Shown here: piece after piece, positions 50,864 to 61,974 of the stretch
How the letters are laid out: each line of letters begins with the position of its first letter
Position numbering within the stretch: the stretch's first letter is position 1
DNA from: Nostoc sp. DedSLP01
GTDB lineage: Bacteria; Cyanobacteriota; Cyanobacteriia; Cyanobacteriales; Nostocaceae
Reading direction: 5' to 3'
DNA: 64,000 nt
Assembly (NCBI GenBank): GCA_034530875.2
Contig: JAVRCJ020000009.1
Location: forward strand, 64,001-128,000
Made by a program: the position numbers and the translations under genes
Notes under the pieces: generated by a model
What the model saw: the letters and a program-made list of their open reading frames with translations, nothing else
The model's database searches: none
Told to the model about the DNA's origin: nothing

Positions 50864-52672
50864 TTATCTCAAGCCGCTTTGTACGCGCCAAAGGCTGGAA
50901 TAAATGCCATTTTGCTCTAGCAATTCTTCATGGGTTCCTGATTCTACTAATTTCCCATGTTCCATGACATAAATGCAATCGGCATTGCGAATGGTGGAAA
51001 GACGATGAGCGATCGCTATTGTAGTTCTATCTACTGTAATCCGTTCTAGCGATCGCTGAATAGCGGCTTCTGTTTCGTTATCTACCGCTGAGGTTGCCTC
51101 ATCTAAAATCAAGATGGGTGGATTCTTCAATACTGCACGAGCGATCGCAATTCTTTGTCTTTGTCCGCCAGATAACTTTTGTCCTCTTTCCCCCACAATT
51201 GTCTCATAACCTTCGGGCAAGTTAACAATAAATTCGTGCGCCTCGGCTATCTTTGCCGCCGTAATAATTTCTTGCTCGTTGGCATCAAAGCTACCATAAG
51301 CAATATTCTCCGCTACAGTGCCATGAAATAGAAACACATCTTGACTCACCAAACCAATGCAACGGCGTAAATCTTTCAAATTCAAACTTTGCAAATCAAT
51401 CCCATCTACAGTAATGCTTCCGGCTTGTACTTCGTATAACCGCAGTAAAAGTTTGACTAAAGTGCTTTTCCCAGAACCTGTAGAACCGACAATGGCAATA
51501 GTTTTTCCGGCTGGAACATCTAAAGACAGATTTTTAATTACTGGAAATCTATCTTTATAGGCAAAATAAACATTTTTAAATTGCACTTCACCGCGTACTT
51601 TATCGATAGGTAACGGTGTATTTCCTGTATGAATATTGATAGGAGTATCTAACAAATTCATCACTCGATTAGTAGAAGCCATTGCCCGTTGATATTGGTC
51701 AAAAGTTTCGCCTAATCTGGTTAAAGGCCACAACAAACGCTGAATTAAAAACACCAATACGCTGTAAGTGCCGACAGACATTTGTCCAGAAACCGCTGCC
51801 ATACCGCCATATAATAATAAGGCCGTAAAACCTACCAAAATCAACATCCGAATTAACGGTACAAAAGCCGCAGAAAGAGCAATTGCTTTGCCATTACTGC
51901 GACGATAAGCTTCACTATCAATTTCCAAACGATAAGCTTCATAAACTTCAGCAGTGAAACTTTTAATAGTAGTAATACCGCTGATATTATTTGCCAAACG
52001 CGAGTTGAGGAAACCTACCTTTTCCCGCACATCAGCATAACGGGGTGCAAGCAGACGTTGATAAGCAAACGAACCCCAGAGAATAAATGGCATCGGGGAG
52101 AGAGCCATCCACGCTACACTAGGAGCCAATATAAAGAAAGCACCGCCAATAATGACCACAGTTGTAGCGACTTGGATAATATCATTAGCTCCCACGTCCA
52201 AAAATCGCTCTAATTGGTTAATATCGTCGCTCAGGACGGACATTAAACCGCCAGTGCTGCGTTCTTCAAAATAAGCTAATTCTAGCTCTTGCAGATGTTT
52301 ATATGCATCCAAACGTAAGTTATGCTGAATATTCTGTGCCAAATTACGCCAAAGTCGAGCGTAGGCATACTCAAAAACAGATTCTAGAATCCAAATGATG
52401 ACAGTGAGGAAAGAAATAATCAAAAATTGTCCAAAGACATCGCGTACCCCTAACTGTGCAATTATGGAATCCTGCTGTTTCACTACCACATCTACTGCCA
52501 CACCAATTAACCCAGGTGGTGCCAAGTCAAAAAATTTGTTGAGGATAGAATAAGTAGTCGCTAGCCAAATTTGTTTACGATACTGATGTCCATAGTCAAA
52601 CAAACGCTGGAGAGGATGCGTTGAATGCTTACGCCTTCTTGATTCCCGATGAGATTTTAATACAGTAGCCAC
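50864..52672 (-). CDS. ABC exporter, fused permease/ATPase
   Basis: TMD plus [25 protein letters not shown]; probable GTG start 52672 (longer ORF reads through repeats). Confidence 0.93.
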   Translation of the reverse strand: MATVLKSHRESRRRKHSTHPLQRLFDYGHQYRKQIWLATTYSILNKFFDLAPPGLIGVAVDVVVKQQDSIIAQLGVRDVFGQFLIISFLTVIIWILESVFEYAYARLWRNLAQNIQHNLRLDAYKHLQELELAYFEERSTGGLMSVLSDDINQLERFLDVGANDIIQVATTVVIIGGAFFILAPSVAWMALSPMPFILWGSFAYQRLLAPRYADVREKVGFLNSRLANNISGITTIKSFTAEVYEAYRLEIDSEAYRRSNGKAIALSAAFVPLIRMLILVGFTALLLYGGMAAVSGQMSVGTYSVLVFLIQRLLWPLTRLGETFDQYQRAMASTNRVMNLLDTPINIHTGNTPLPIDKVRGEVQFKNVYFAYKDRFPVIKNLSLDVPAGKTIAIVGSTGSGKSTLVKLLLRLYEVQAGSITVDGIDLQSLNLKDLRRCIGLVSQDVFLFHGTVAENIAYGSFDANEQEIITAAKIAEAHEFIVNLPEGYETIVGERGQKLSGGQRQRIAIARAVLKNPPILILDEATSAVDNETEAAIQRSLERITVDRTTIAIAHRLSTIRNADCIYVMEHGKLVESGTHEELLEQNGIYSSLWRVQSGLR

Positions 52673-52878
52673 GGCTTTTTGCAGTTGCGTGCAATTGATA
52701 TTACCACGGAATAGGGAATTGGGCATGGGGCATGGGGAAAGGGGAAAGGGAAAAAGAAAGATTCCTCCTTTCCCTAAGGTGAAGCCATCTTCCCAGACTC
52801 CCCACATCCCTACTTCCTATTCCGTACAGACAAGAGTTAATCGCGTCTCCCACTCATTACTCACACGGAGAAAATAAA

Positions 52879-53727
52879 TTGAAAAATCAGCAATTTGGCA
52901 ATTGGCAAACTACACTTTTGGGTATCGTGTTAGCAATAATAGCGATTATTGGGCTAAATTCCTTTATTATTATTAACCCAGGACAAGCAGGAGTGATTAG
53001 CATTTTAGGTAAAGCTAGAGATGGGGCTTTATTGGAAGGTATTCACCTCAAACCACCTTTTATTTCGGTAATAGATGTGTACGATTTGACAGTGCAAAAA
53101 TTTGAAGTGCCTGCGGAAAGTTCTACAAAGGATTTGCAAAATTTATCTGCAAGATTTGCAATTAACTTTCGTCTCGATGCGATACAGGTAGTTGAGGTAA
53201 GAAGAAAACAAGGAACATTAGAAAATATTGTCTCGAAAATTATTGCACCCCAAACACAAGAAGCATTTAAAATTGCCGCAGCTAGAAGAACAGTAGAAGA
53301 GGCAATTACCAAAAGAAGTGAATTGAAAGAAGACTTTGATAATGCATTAGGCGATCGCTTAGACAAATATGGAATTATTGTCTTAGATACTAGCGTAGTT
53401 GATTTGACATTTTCACCAGAATTTGCCAAAGCGGTTGAAGAAAAACAAATTGCCGAACAACGCGCCCAAAGAGCAGTTTATATAGCGCGGGAAGCAGAAC
53501 AAGAAGCACAAGCAGAAGTTAATCGCGCCAAAGGTAAAGCAGAAGCTCAAAGACTTTTAGCAGAGACACTCAAAGCCCAAGGTGGGCAATTAGTTCTGCA
53601 AAAAGAAGCAATTGAAGCATGGAAAACTGGCGGCGCTCAAATGCCAAACGTCCTCGTTATGGGCAGCGATTCAAAAAGTAGCGTACCCTTCATTTTCAAC
53701 CTAGGAAACGTTCCCAATCAACCTTAA
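52879..53727 (+). CDS. Prohibitin/SPFH-domain protein
   Basis: TKDLQ, AVEEKQIAEQ; N-terminal TM helix. Confidence 0.92.
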   Translation: MKNQQFGNWQTTLLGIVLAIIAIIGLNSFIIINPGQAGVISILGKARDGALLEGIHLKPPFISVIDVYDLTVQKFEVPAESSTKDLQNLSARFAINFRLDAIQVVEVRRKQGTLENIVSKIIAPQTQEAFKIAAARRTVEEAITKRSELKEDFDNALGDRLDKYGIIVLDTSVVDLTFSPEFAKAVEEKQIAEQRAQRAVYIAREAEQEAQAEVNRAKGKAEAQRLLAETLKAQGGQLVLQKEAIEAWKTGGAQMPNVLVMGSDSKSSVPFIFNLGNVPNQP

Positions 53728-53910
53728 AAGAGAGAAAAAATTAGATAATATACAGCAAACTTATAAAATTTGCTCTGGCGTTAGACAAATTTTACAACAC
53801 ATGGAAGATTCCCAATTCAAGATTTAAAATCTAAAATCCAAAATGTATGAGTTGGGCTAGTCCCACTTCAAAAACCCAAGAAAAGCTAATTAGGATAATA
53901 AACAAACTTT

Positions 53911-54324
53911 ATGCCAAACCCTAACAATCATCTCACTCCCGAAGAAGCAAAAAAAATTCTCAATAAATTCAACTGTCTAGATATTGCGCCTGTCCTGAAG
54001 CCAGCAGAAAAAACTACAATTCGTAATGCCTTAATTTTGATGGCTAGCCTTGCCGACTATGAAATTTTAGGAATTTGTGCAGATACAGCAGAAGAAGGAA
54101 TACTTGCCATGAAAACCTATTCTCAGGCATTTGGTTACGAACCACCAAGTAATTTACCCACACCAGAAGGGCCAGTTTATATCAAATTAAATGGCAAAAA
54201 TGGCTTGTGTTATCTCGATTCATATCCCGGACATCACCGTGGCGTCTTAGTCTCATGCCAATCTTTCAACGAAGATGGAATCAACGAAATGTATGGACAT
54301 CTACCCTTGGACTTATTCGTTTAA
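53911..54324 (+). CDS. DUF1824-family protein
   Basis: LGICAD, GPVYIKLN, RGVLVSCQ, YGHLPLDLF. Confidence 0.8.
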   Translation: MPNPNNHLTPEEAKKILNKFNCLDIAPVLKPAEKTTIRNALILMASLADYEILGICADTAEEGILAMKTYSQAFGYEPPSNLPTPEGPVYIKLNGKNGLCYLDSYPGHHRGVLVSCQSFNEDGINEMYGHLPLDLFV

Positions 54325-54470
54325 AATTCATCAATAACTAAGCAGCGAACAGCCTTCAAATTCACTTTCCATCTAAGTTTTGCCATTAACTTACATCCTT
54401 CCTCCTCCCTCTCTTCCTCTGCGCCTCTGCGCCTTTGCGTGCAAATAAAAACCCCTATATTCTAAATCCT

Positions 54471-56399
54471 ATGAGCCTCATCACCCTCCAATCAGTCAAA
54501 AAAGACTTTGGTATAAAAGAAATTTTAAAAGATGCCAGCTTTAGCCTAGACCCCACCGATAAAGTCGGCTTAATTGGTACTAACGGTTCAGGCAAATCAA
54601 CCCTACTAAAAATGATTGCCGGCTTAGAACCCATCGACAGCGGTCAAATTTTAACCAACTCCGGTTCTAAAATCATCTACTTACCTCAACAACCAGATTT
54701 AGATGAAAACCGCACAGTTTTAGAGCAAATTTTTGCCGATAGCGGCGAACACATGACTTTAGTGCGTGAGTATGAAGAACTTTCTGATAAATTAGCTCAC
54801 TATCCAGATGATACTCAACTGATGTCTCGCCTTTCTGCGGTGATGCAACGAATGGATATGAGTAATGCTTGGGAACTAGAAACCAACGCGAAAATCATCC
54901 TCACCAAATTAGGAATTTCTAACTTTGATGCGAAAATCGGTACTTTATCGGGAGGCTATCGCAAACGCATTGCACTAGCAACAGCCTTGCTAGCACAACC
55001 AGATGTTTTGCTCATGGATGAGCCAACAAACCACCTCGATGCTCTTTCTGTAGAATGGTTACAAAGTTATTTAAATCGCTATCGCGGCGCACTGTTTCTC
55101 ATCACCCACGATCGCTATTTTTTAGATCGCGTCACCAATCGTATCATTGAAATAGATAGAGGCGACATTTACACTTATTCAGGTAACTATTCATACTACC
55201 TCGAAAAGAAAGCTTTAGCTGAAGAATCTGCTCTTAGCACTCAACGCAAGCATCAAGGCATATTGCGGCGCGAGTTGGAATGGCTCAAAAAAGGGCCGAA
55301 AGCCAGAAGTACCAAACAAAAAGCCAGAATTGACCGCGCTCACGCTTTGCGAGATACTGAGTTTAAACAAGTTCAGGGTAAAGTTGATATCTCTACAGTT
55401 GGTCGTCGCATTGGTAAGAAAGTTATCGAATTAAATAACATTTCCAAAGCTTATAACGGACGCAGCCTGATTAAAGATTTTACCTACGAATTTAGTCCAG
55501 AAGACCGCATTGGCATCATTGGGGCTAACGGTGCGGGGAAATCCACTTTAATGGATATTATTACAGGGCGAATTCAGCCTGATTCTGGGAGTGCAGAAAT
55601 TGGGACTACAATTCACATCGGTTATTTTGACCAGCATTCTGAAGAATTGCTGACAGCTTTGAATGAAAATCAGCGGGTAATTGATTACATCAAAGAAGAA
55701 GGAGAATTTGTCAAAATTACCGATGGAACTCAAATTACTGCTTCTCAAATGTTGGAGCGATTTTTGTTTCCTGGAAATCAACAATATGCCCCAATTCATA
55801 AACTTTCTGGCGGCGAAAAACGCCGTTTATTTCTGTTGCGCGTTCTCATGAGTGCGCCCAATGTTTTGATTTTAGACGAACCGACAAATGATTTAGATGT
55901 CCAGACATTGGCAGTATTAGAAGAATATTTAGAAGATTTTGTCGGGTGTGTAATTGTAGTTTCTCACGATCGCTACTTTCTCGACCGCACCATCGACACA
56001 ATTTTTTCCTTTGAAGAAGGTGGGAACCTGCGACAATATCCAGGTAATTACTCAGTTTATCTAGACTACAAGAAAGCTGAAGAAGTAGCACAACAACAAG
56101 CTGCTGCTACTAAAGAAAAGCCCAAAAATGTCGAATCCCAAAATGGTGCTTCACCGAAGAATGCCGAAACTCAAAAGCGGCGGAGATTATCGAATTGGGA
56201 GAAAAAAGAATTTGACCAGTTAGAAGGTAAAATTGCCCAGTTAGAAGCTGATAAGGCACAAGCTGAGAAAACACTCGCAAATGTGCCTCCAGGAAATTAT
56301 ACTCAAGTGCAGAAATTGTATGAAGAAGTGGAATCTTTAAAACAGGCGATCGATCTGGCGACTGAAAGGTGGTTAGAATTGGCAGAGATGGAATCTTAG
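54471..56399 (+). CDS. ABC-F family ATPase (Uup-like)
   Basis: Two NBDs (GSGKST, GAGKST; DEPTN x2), no TMD, C-terminal coiled coil. Confidence 0.93.
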   Translation: MSLITLQSVKKDFGIKEILKDASFSLDPTDKVGLIGTNGSGKSTLLKMIAGLEPIDSGQILTNSGSKIIYLPQQPDLDENRTVLEQIFADSGEHMTLVREYEELSDKLAHYPDDTQLMSRLSAVMQRMDMSNAWELETNAKIILTKLGISNFDAKIGTLSGGYRKRIALATALLAQPDVLLMDEPTNHLDALSVEWLQSYLNRYRGALFLITHDRYFLDRVTNRIIEIDRGDIYTYSGNYSYYLEKKALAEESALSTQRKHQGILRRELEWLKKGPKARSTKQKARIDRAHALRDTEFKQVQGKVDISTVGRRIGKKVIELNNISKAYNGRSLIKDFTYEFSPEDRIGIIGANGAGKSTLMDIITGRIQPDSGSAEIGTTIHIGYFDQHSEELLTALNENQRVIDYIKEEGEFVKITDGTQITASQMLERFLFPGNQQYAPIHKLSGGEKRRLFLLRVLMSAPNVLILDEPTNDLDVQTLAVLEEYLEDFVGCVIVVSHDRYFLDRTIDTIFSFEEGGNLRQYPGNYSVYLDYKKAEEVAQQQAAATKEKPKNVESQNGASPKNAETQKRRRLSNWEKKEFDQLEGKIAQLEADKAQAEKTLANVPPGNYTQVQKLYEEVESLKQAIDLATERWLELAEMES

Positions 56400-56427
56400 A
56401 GAACGTTTGAAACTATTGGGCGAATTC

Positions 56428-56549
56428 CAATACTATTCGGTTAAGCATTTTGAACTCAGAATTTGGTTTGGGGAAAAGGTTAAAGGGGAAGGGTTAAAGG
56501 TTTTTTTCCCTTTTTCCCTTCCCCTTTTCCCTTTAACCGACAAGTATTG
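56428..56549. mobile_element. MITE with 17-bp terminal inverted repeats
   Basis: CAATACTATTCGGTTAA ... TTAACCGACAAGTATTG; flanks GGGCGAATtc / GGGCGAATag resemble a target-site duplication. Confidence 0.75.
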
Positions 56550-56630
56550 GGGCGAATAGAATTCGCCCGGTGCTGTTTGTTCTGAGTTTTTTCACCCAAT
56601 CAAAAACTTTTTATACGACCCAATTATATG

Positions 56631-56662
56631 GTAAGAGCGCACAGCTAGCTATGCGCCCTTAC
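56631..56662. repeat. 32-bp REP-like palindrome (copy 2)
   Basis: GTAAGAGCGCACAGCTAGCTATGCGCCCTTAC. Confidence 0.8.
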
Positions 56663-56689
56663 TATAAATAGAAATTAGTTCTTTTTCGC

Positions 56690-57910
56690 TTAAGAAGCGT
56701 TTTGCAATTCACCTGTGCGTACTGAAATTTGTTGTGTCTGGTTACCCCGTTGCACTTTCACCTGTAATACTTGACCAAGGCGACTATCTTCCACAAGGTT
56801 CTGCAATTGTTCGGCGCTGGTAATTGGTTTACCATCAACTTGAACAATTATATCCCCGCGGCGGATACCCGCAGATGCAGCTGGAGAATTGGGAACAACT
56901 TGCATAACGAAAACACCGTTAATCTCTGGTATCTGAATCGGAGAGTTGGGATCGTTGTTATTTTGCTTGGCAAGTTCGGGTGTCAAGGTTACCATTTGCA
57001 CGCCTAAATAGGGGTGAGCAACTTTACCATCCCGTTGTAGTGCAGATGCGATCGCTTTAGCTTTATCGATGGGAATAGCAAAGCCGATACCCATTGCATC
57101 TGGGCGAATGGCTGTGTTGATACCAATTACTTCACCATTTCCATTTAACAGCGGGCCGCCAGAATTACCAGGGTTAATAGCGGCGTCTGTTTGAATGAAG
57201 TCTAAACGCTTGTCGCTAATCCCGACTTGGGCGCTAGAACGTTTGAGGGTACTAACAATTCCCAAGGTAACGGTATTATCAAATCCCAAAGGATTGCCAA
57301 CAGCGATCGCCCAGTCTCCCACCTGTACGTTACTCGAAGAACCCAAAGGTGCTACTGGTAAATCATTACCAGCGTCAATCTTGACTACTGCTAAATCTGT
57401 AACCTCATCAATCCCTTGGACTTTACCTTCAAAGGTGCGGCCATCTTTGAGCCGGACTGTTACCCGATCGGCTTTATCGACGACATGAGCGTTAGTCATA
57501 ATTAACCCACTCTTGTCAATAATAAAACCCGAACCCAAACCGCGCAATTGCTCTTCGGAAGGTATCTGTTGGGGGAAACCGTCGCCAAAAAAACGGCGGA
57601 AAAAGGGGTCTTGTAAAAATGGATCGATCCGACGAGTAATAGTACGCTCAGTATCAATCCGCACAACTGCCGGGCCGACACGATTCACTGCTGCTGTGAC
57701 AAAGCTAGCATTACCAATAGCAGAAGTTGCTGGTGATTGTCGTTGGGCAATGATTTCTGGAGTATTTACAGGAGATGCTGCAATGGTCGCAGCTTCCGCT
57801 TGCAAAGGTAACACCTGTAAAGTGCCGATTGTGAGTACAACTCCTAGCGCGATCGCAAATACATGAGTGCTGAGTTGACGCATAGACCTGGGTAATTTGA
57901 GAAATCGCAT
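56690..57910 (-). CDS. hhoA: HtrA/DegP-family serine protease (HhoA-like)
   Basis: TNAHV, TDLAV, GNSGGP, single PDZ domain. Confidence 0.88.
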   Translation of the reverse strand: MRFLKLPRSMRQLSTHVFAIALGVVLTIGTLQVLPLQAEAATIAASPVNTPEIIAQRQSPATSAIGNASFVTAAVNRVGPAVVRIDTERTITRRIDPFLQDPFFRRFFGDGFPQQIPSEEQLRGLGSGFIIDKSGLIMTNAHVVDKADRVTVRLKDGRTFEGKVQGIDEVTDLAVVKIDAGNDLPVAPLGSSSNVQVGDWAIAVGNPLGFDNTVTLGIVSTLKRSSAQVGISDKRLDFIQTDAAINPGNSGGPLLNGNGEVIGINTAIRPDAMGIGFAIPIDKAKAIASALQRDGKVAHPYLGVQMVTLTPELAKQNNNDPNSPIQIPEINGVFVMQVVPNSPAASAGIRRGDIIVQVDGKPITSAEQLQNLVEDSRLGQVLQVKVQRGNQTQQISVRTGELQNAS

Positions 57911-58200
57911 AATCACAACCTGATTTAAAAATCTAATTGTTACTTAGTCGTGACAAATGAATTTACAATTTTTTTTACAAATTTGAAGTTGGCTTTTTGC
58001 TTGTGGTTTTGCTTGGTCTAGCTCTATTAGAACTTAGAGTATTTTGCAAGCTACCTTTAATCAAAGTAATGTAAAATTTACTCTAAAAGCTATTATGGAG
58101 ATTTGCACTTTACAAGTTCGGTTTTTACCCAGATAAGACAATTTTAAATTCAGAATTCAGGAGTCAAGAATTTAGGAATCTGCTGTCAACTACAAATAAA

Positions 58201-59526
58201 CTAACTGGGAAATAAAATTTCATTGCGATTGGCTGTGCCCAGTTGCGGTAAAGAGTTGATAGCTGAGTGGGGAGTGATGGCACTAGGAACGGTTGTAGGT
58301 ACTTGTAATTGTTGGACAAGACGTTGCAAAAGTTGGTCTTGCCCGGTACGCAAACCCCAGACATTTGTACCACGGTTGACGATCGCAAACCAAACTAAAC
58401 CGCGATCGCGGGTGGGCATAACTCCAGCTAAAGCGCTGACATCGCGCAGAGTGCCTGTTTTAATTACAGTAGCAGAGGGGATGTGTCTGGCGTGGACTGT
58501 TCCTCTATGGTCGAATCCAGACATGGGGAACAAGTCAGCTAGATTTAACTGATAGGCGTTTGCTTGCCCTTGAATGGCCATGAGCATAGCACAAACAGCT
58601 CTGGGGGAAATGCGATTTTCTGGCCCCAGTCCGGAACCATTGATTAACTGAATTTCTGATTGCGGCACCCTAGCAAGATAAGCAGCAGTTGATTGTACTA
58701 CAGAAGCTCCTCCCACTGAGTCTGCCAGCATCTCTGCCATTTCATTGTTACTATAAACGTTCATTTCCTTGATTAGTTGCTTTAGGGGTAACGAACGATG
58801 ACGCAGTAACAAAGTTTGTTGGGGATTTGGTTGTGCTTCAAATTTCACAGCACCCGCAATTACAACTTTCGGCTTGGGCGTTCCCTTGGGCATGATTGAG
58901 TATATGTAATTAGCGGGGCGACCCCAAGTAGCAGAATTTAGTGTTTGCTTCAGTGCTAGACCTGCTAACATCGGCTGACGTTGGAAATTCATGGCGAAAT
59001 TGCCACTAATTACCAAATTTCCTTTTACTTGTTTGATACCCATTTTATTGAGAGTATTACCAAGGGCGATCGCTTCTTCCCAAACAAACATCGGATCGCC
59101 GCCACCAGTAATCACCAAATCGCCTTGCACAACACCATTTACCATCGGCCCGGTGACACTGACTAAAGTATCAAATTGGTGGTCTGGCCCCCAAGTTTTT
59201 AAAGCAACTAATGAAGTTGCAATTTTAGTTAAAGAGGCAGCTGGTAGAGGTGTTGTGCCTTGGTGACTTGCCATTAATATCGGCCCTGACTGCATCCAAA
59301 TTCCTTGACTCTCAGCCAGATTTTGCCCTACTACCTTTGTTGTGACTAACTCCTTGAGATATGCCTGCACCGTAGTCGCCCCGGTTGGATTGGGATCTGG
59401 TGCAAGCACCAAGCCAGGGCTACTTTGCCAAGCCAATGCATCTATAGCAGCATCCAGAGGCTTGATATGTACTCCAGCCATTTCCAGCCAAAGCGATACC
59501 AAACCTGAACCTAGTATTTCTAGCAT
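58201..59526 (-). CDS. D-Ala-D-Ala carboxypeptidase (peptidase S13, DacB-like)
   Basis: PAASLTK, SNN, NGSGL, KTGTL. Confidence 0.9.
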   Translation of the reverse strand: MLEILGSGLVSLWLEMAGVHIKPLDAAIDALAWQSSPGLVLAPDPNPTGATTVQAYLKELVTTKVVGQNLAESQGIWMQSGPILMASHQGTTPLPAASLTKIATSLVALKTWGPDHQFDTLVSVTGPMVNGVVQGDLVITGGGDPMFVWEEAIALGNTLNKMGIKQVKGNLVISGNFAMNFQRQPMLAGLALKQTLNSATWGRPANYIYSIMPKGTPKPKVVIAGAVKFEAQPNPQQTLLLRHRSLPLKQLIKEMNVYSNNEMAEMLADSVGGASVVQSTAAYLARVPQSEIQLINGSGLGPENRISPRAVCAMLMAIQGQANAYQLNLADLFPMSGFDHRGTVHARHIPSATVIKTGTLRDVSALAGVMPTRDRGLVWFAIVNRGTNVWGLRTGQDQLLQRLVQQLQVPTTVPSAITPHSAINSLPQLGTANRNEILFPS

Positions 59527-59839
59527 ATTTATTCCTCTATGTCTGTTTAGAACGTCCTATATTATTTACTGTGCTAATATACAAGTTTTTTTATGCTAAT
59601 CAGCACTGAGCCATAATAACTGGTGTTATTCTCATCTGGAAGTAGGTTAAATTACCTGATTTTCGTAACGGTTTTTACTAATTTAGATGTAGCGGGTGTA
59701 GTTGGTTAACTTGAAATCTGCTGTGTAATTTTTTTCTAAGTGTGAATCGCTATTAACGACAAAAATAACTACAAATTAGAAAGGGGCGATCGCAATTAGC
59801 AAAAGGCGAATTCCCTAATCCCTACTCCCTGGCTAGATT

Positions 59840-60169
59840 ATGACCCAAGCCTTACCCAAATTAATCACCTTCAATGAGTTTATCGAATGGTATCCTAACG
59901 ATGGTAAATGCTATCAATTGCACAAAGGGATAATTGTTGAAATACGGTCTCCAAGTGGAGTGTATGAAAAAGTTATTGCATTTTTGTTACGAAAATTAAC
60001 CGTGGAGTTCGAGCGGTCAGATATGTTAGGACATTTTAAAAGCTTGAATACCAGGAATAGTAATACTTTTACCTCCTGCCATAACACAGCAATTTCATCG
60101 CCTACTTTTCCCCAATTAAATTTAACCGCACAGCAAATTTTTGATGCGGCTAATACCAATTCTGTATGA
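59840..60169 (+). pseudogene. Uma2-family endonuclease with central deletion
   Basis: Uma2 N-terminus (TFNEFIEWYP..G..YQLHKG.IVE) joined to C-terminus (SPTFPQLNLTAQQIF); PD/E-x-x-S core absent. Confidence 0.75.
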
Positions 60170-60258
60170 AGATGCACATAATCAAGACCCCCCTGTAGTC
60201 TCCCCTTGGCAAGGGGGGACTACAGGGGGGTAAAATGCAGCTTCACAAAGAAACGGTA
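60154..60258. mobile_element. MITE with ~23-bp imperfect TIRs and TAA duplication
   Basis: TAA|TACCAATTCTGTATGAAGATGCA...TGCAGCTTCACAAAGAAACGGTA|TAA with internal GC hairpin. Confidence 0.8.
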
Positions 60259-60338
60259 TAACTAATTTATTCCAACCTACGCAAATTTATTTTTACAAGT
60301 CAAAAATATTGAATGCGGGTGGAAAAATCCACCCATAA

Positions 60339-60503
60339 TACCAATTCTCTAAAATTCGGCAACAGATTCAAACCTTGAAACCTAGATAAAATCTGAATTT
60401 CTTAATTGCTCTCTTCTCTACGAGACGCTGCGCGTAGCTTGCTTCTCCGAAGGAGTACGCAGCGGGGGGTAGCCCATTGCCAATTGCCAATTGCGAATTG
60501 TTA
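60339..60503. mobile_element. Second MITE with related ends and nested short repeats
   Basis: TAA|TACCAATT...AATTGTTA|TAA. Confidence 0.65.
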
Positions 60504-60509
60504 TAAACT

Positions 60510-61580
60510 CTACTTCCTTTCTGGATGTGCTGCATCTTCTAGTGAAGGAGTACCCATCTTGTTAATTGTGGCAATCATTTGATACAAGCGTCCTAAATCG
60601 CGTTGATTGAAGTAGAAAATCAGTCGCGGTAATTCAACAGTTTCATCTTGCGCTTCTTGGGGTAAAGCTTGACTTTTTTCAATCTTCCCTTGAATAATAA
60701 TGTCGCTGAAATCAGCATTGAGTTGCTCAACTTCGGCATCTGATAAATCTGTTTTCAGACGAATGACTAATCTATCTCCTACATAGCGGCTAGAATGATA
60801 AACCTGGTAAAAACGCGTGATAGCATCGCAAGCCACATCTAAGTTGTCTGTCACAGTGTAAAGACTGGGGTCATCAGGACTGACAAGACCTTTATGAACT
60901 AATTGCTTATCAATATATTCGCTCCAAGAGCGCCAGTAATCACCGCCAGGGTGGTCAATTAAAATTAAAGGTACAGGGCCAAATTTACCAGTTTGGCTTA
61001 ACGTCATACATTCAAAAGCTTCATCTTGGGTGCCAAAGCCCCCAGCAAACAAGGCCACAGCATCACTTTCTTTGAGAAGAAACAGCTTGCGGGTAAAGAA
61101 ATATTTAAAGTTAATGAGCTTGGGATCCCCTTGTATAAAAGGGTTAGCTTCCTGCTCAAACGGTAACTGAATGTTTAGACCAAAAGAATTTTCTCGCCCA
61201 GCACCTTCGTGACCCGCCTGCATGATTCCACCGCCACCGCCGGTCATCACCATAAATCCCAATTTGGTCACACAGCGAGCAAACTCCAGCGCCATTTGGT
61301 AGTCTGGTGTATCTGGTGCGAGGCGAGCAGAACCAAAAATCGTGACTTTGCGAACATGTCGGTAATTATAAAACAGCTGGAAACCTCGCTCCATATCCGT
61401 TAGCGCAGCGGACAAGATTTTCCAATCGAGACGCTCAATTTCGGTATCAGCAAGACGAACAATAGTAGCAAGTGCTTGCTGAATAAATTGCCGATTTTTT
61501 AAGGTTGGTAGACGAACAATCAACTCAGCGATATCCGCCTGTAAAGACTCTAACGTGTCAAACGACGCAGATGAGGTCAT
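60510..61580 (-). CDS. LOG-family (cytokinin riboside phosphoribohydrolase-like) protein
   Basis: FGSAR, TGGGGGIM, YFFTRK, AGGFGTQDE. Confidence 0.9.
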   Translation of the reverse strand: MTSSASFDTLESLQADIAELIVRLPTLKNRQFIQQALATIVRLADTEIERLDWKILSAALTDMERGFQLFYNYRHVRKVTIFGSARLAPDTPDYQMALEFARCVTKLGFMVMTGGGGGIMQAGHEGAGRENSFGLNIQLPFEQEANPFIQGDPKLINFKYFFTRKLFLLKESDAVALFAGGFGTQDEAFECMTLSQTGKFGPVPLILIDHPGGDYWRSWSEYIDKQLVHKGLVSPDDPSLYTVTDNLDVACDAITRFYQVYHSSRYVGDRLVIRLKTDLSDAEVEQLNADFSDIIIQGKIEKSQALPQEAQDETVELPRLIFYFNQRDLGRLYQMIATINKMGTPSLEDAAHPERK

Positions 61581-61899
61581 GAGAACTGCCGGAACAATGG
61601 CATTATATTTTACGTGAACCACTCATACTCTAGCAAGCGGGATATAGCACTGTGTTGTGCATTTAGGTAGGATTCTCACAACTGGCTTTGAGTTATTTTT
61701 GTCATTACTCAAGCTCAGATGCCCTTATTTTGCCATTGGAGGTAGAAAAATCAAGTTCAGAACTTGGAAGCTGGCCTTGCGAAGTAGAAAGTTTGGCTTA
61801 TCTTTCAACCTCAGATACTCACAAATAAAGTACAAAACTCCAACGATGGAGTTCGGAACTCAAACAATTATCTTCAAATTTATCAATTGAGTAAAATAC

Positions 61900-61947
61900 G
61901 TAAATAGGTAGGGTAGCACAGCTAGTTGTGCTACCCTACCTATTTAC
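61900..61947. repeat. REP-like palindrome (copy 3) with extended stem
   Basis: GTAAATAGGTAGGGTAGCACA-GCTAGT-TGTGCTACCCTACCTATTTAC. Confidence 0.85.
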
Positions 61948-61974
61948 CTGATTAAAGGATTGAGATTTGAGAAC

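Noticed and set aside
58119..59678. CGGTTTTTAC motif upstream of hhoA and the dacB-like gene (variant at 34007)
   Set aside because: Short motif, few occurrences, inconsistent spacing; chance not excluded
61657..61890. 77-aa ORF divergent from the LOG gene
   Set aside because: GTG start, no motif, basic low-information sequence; probably non-coding or degenerate
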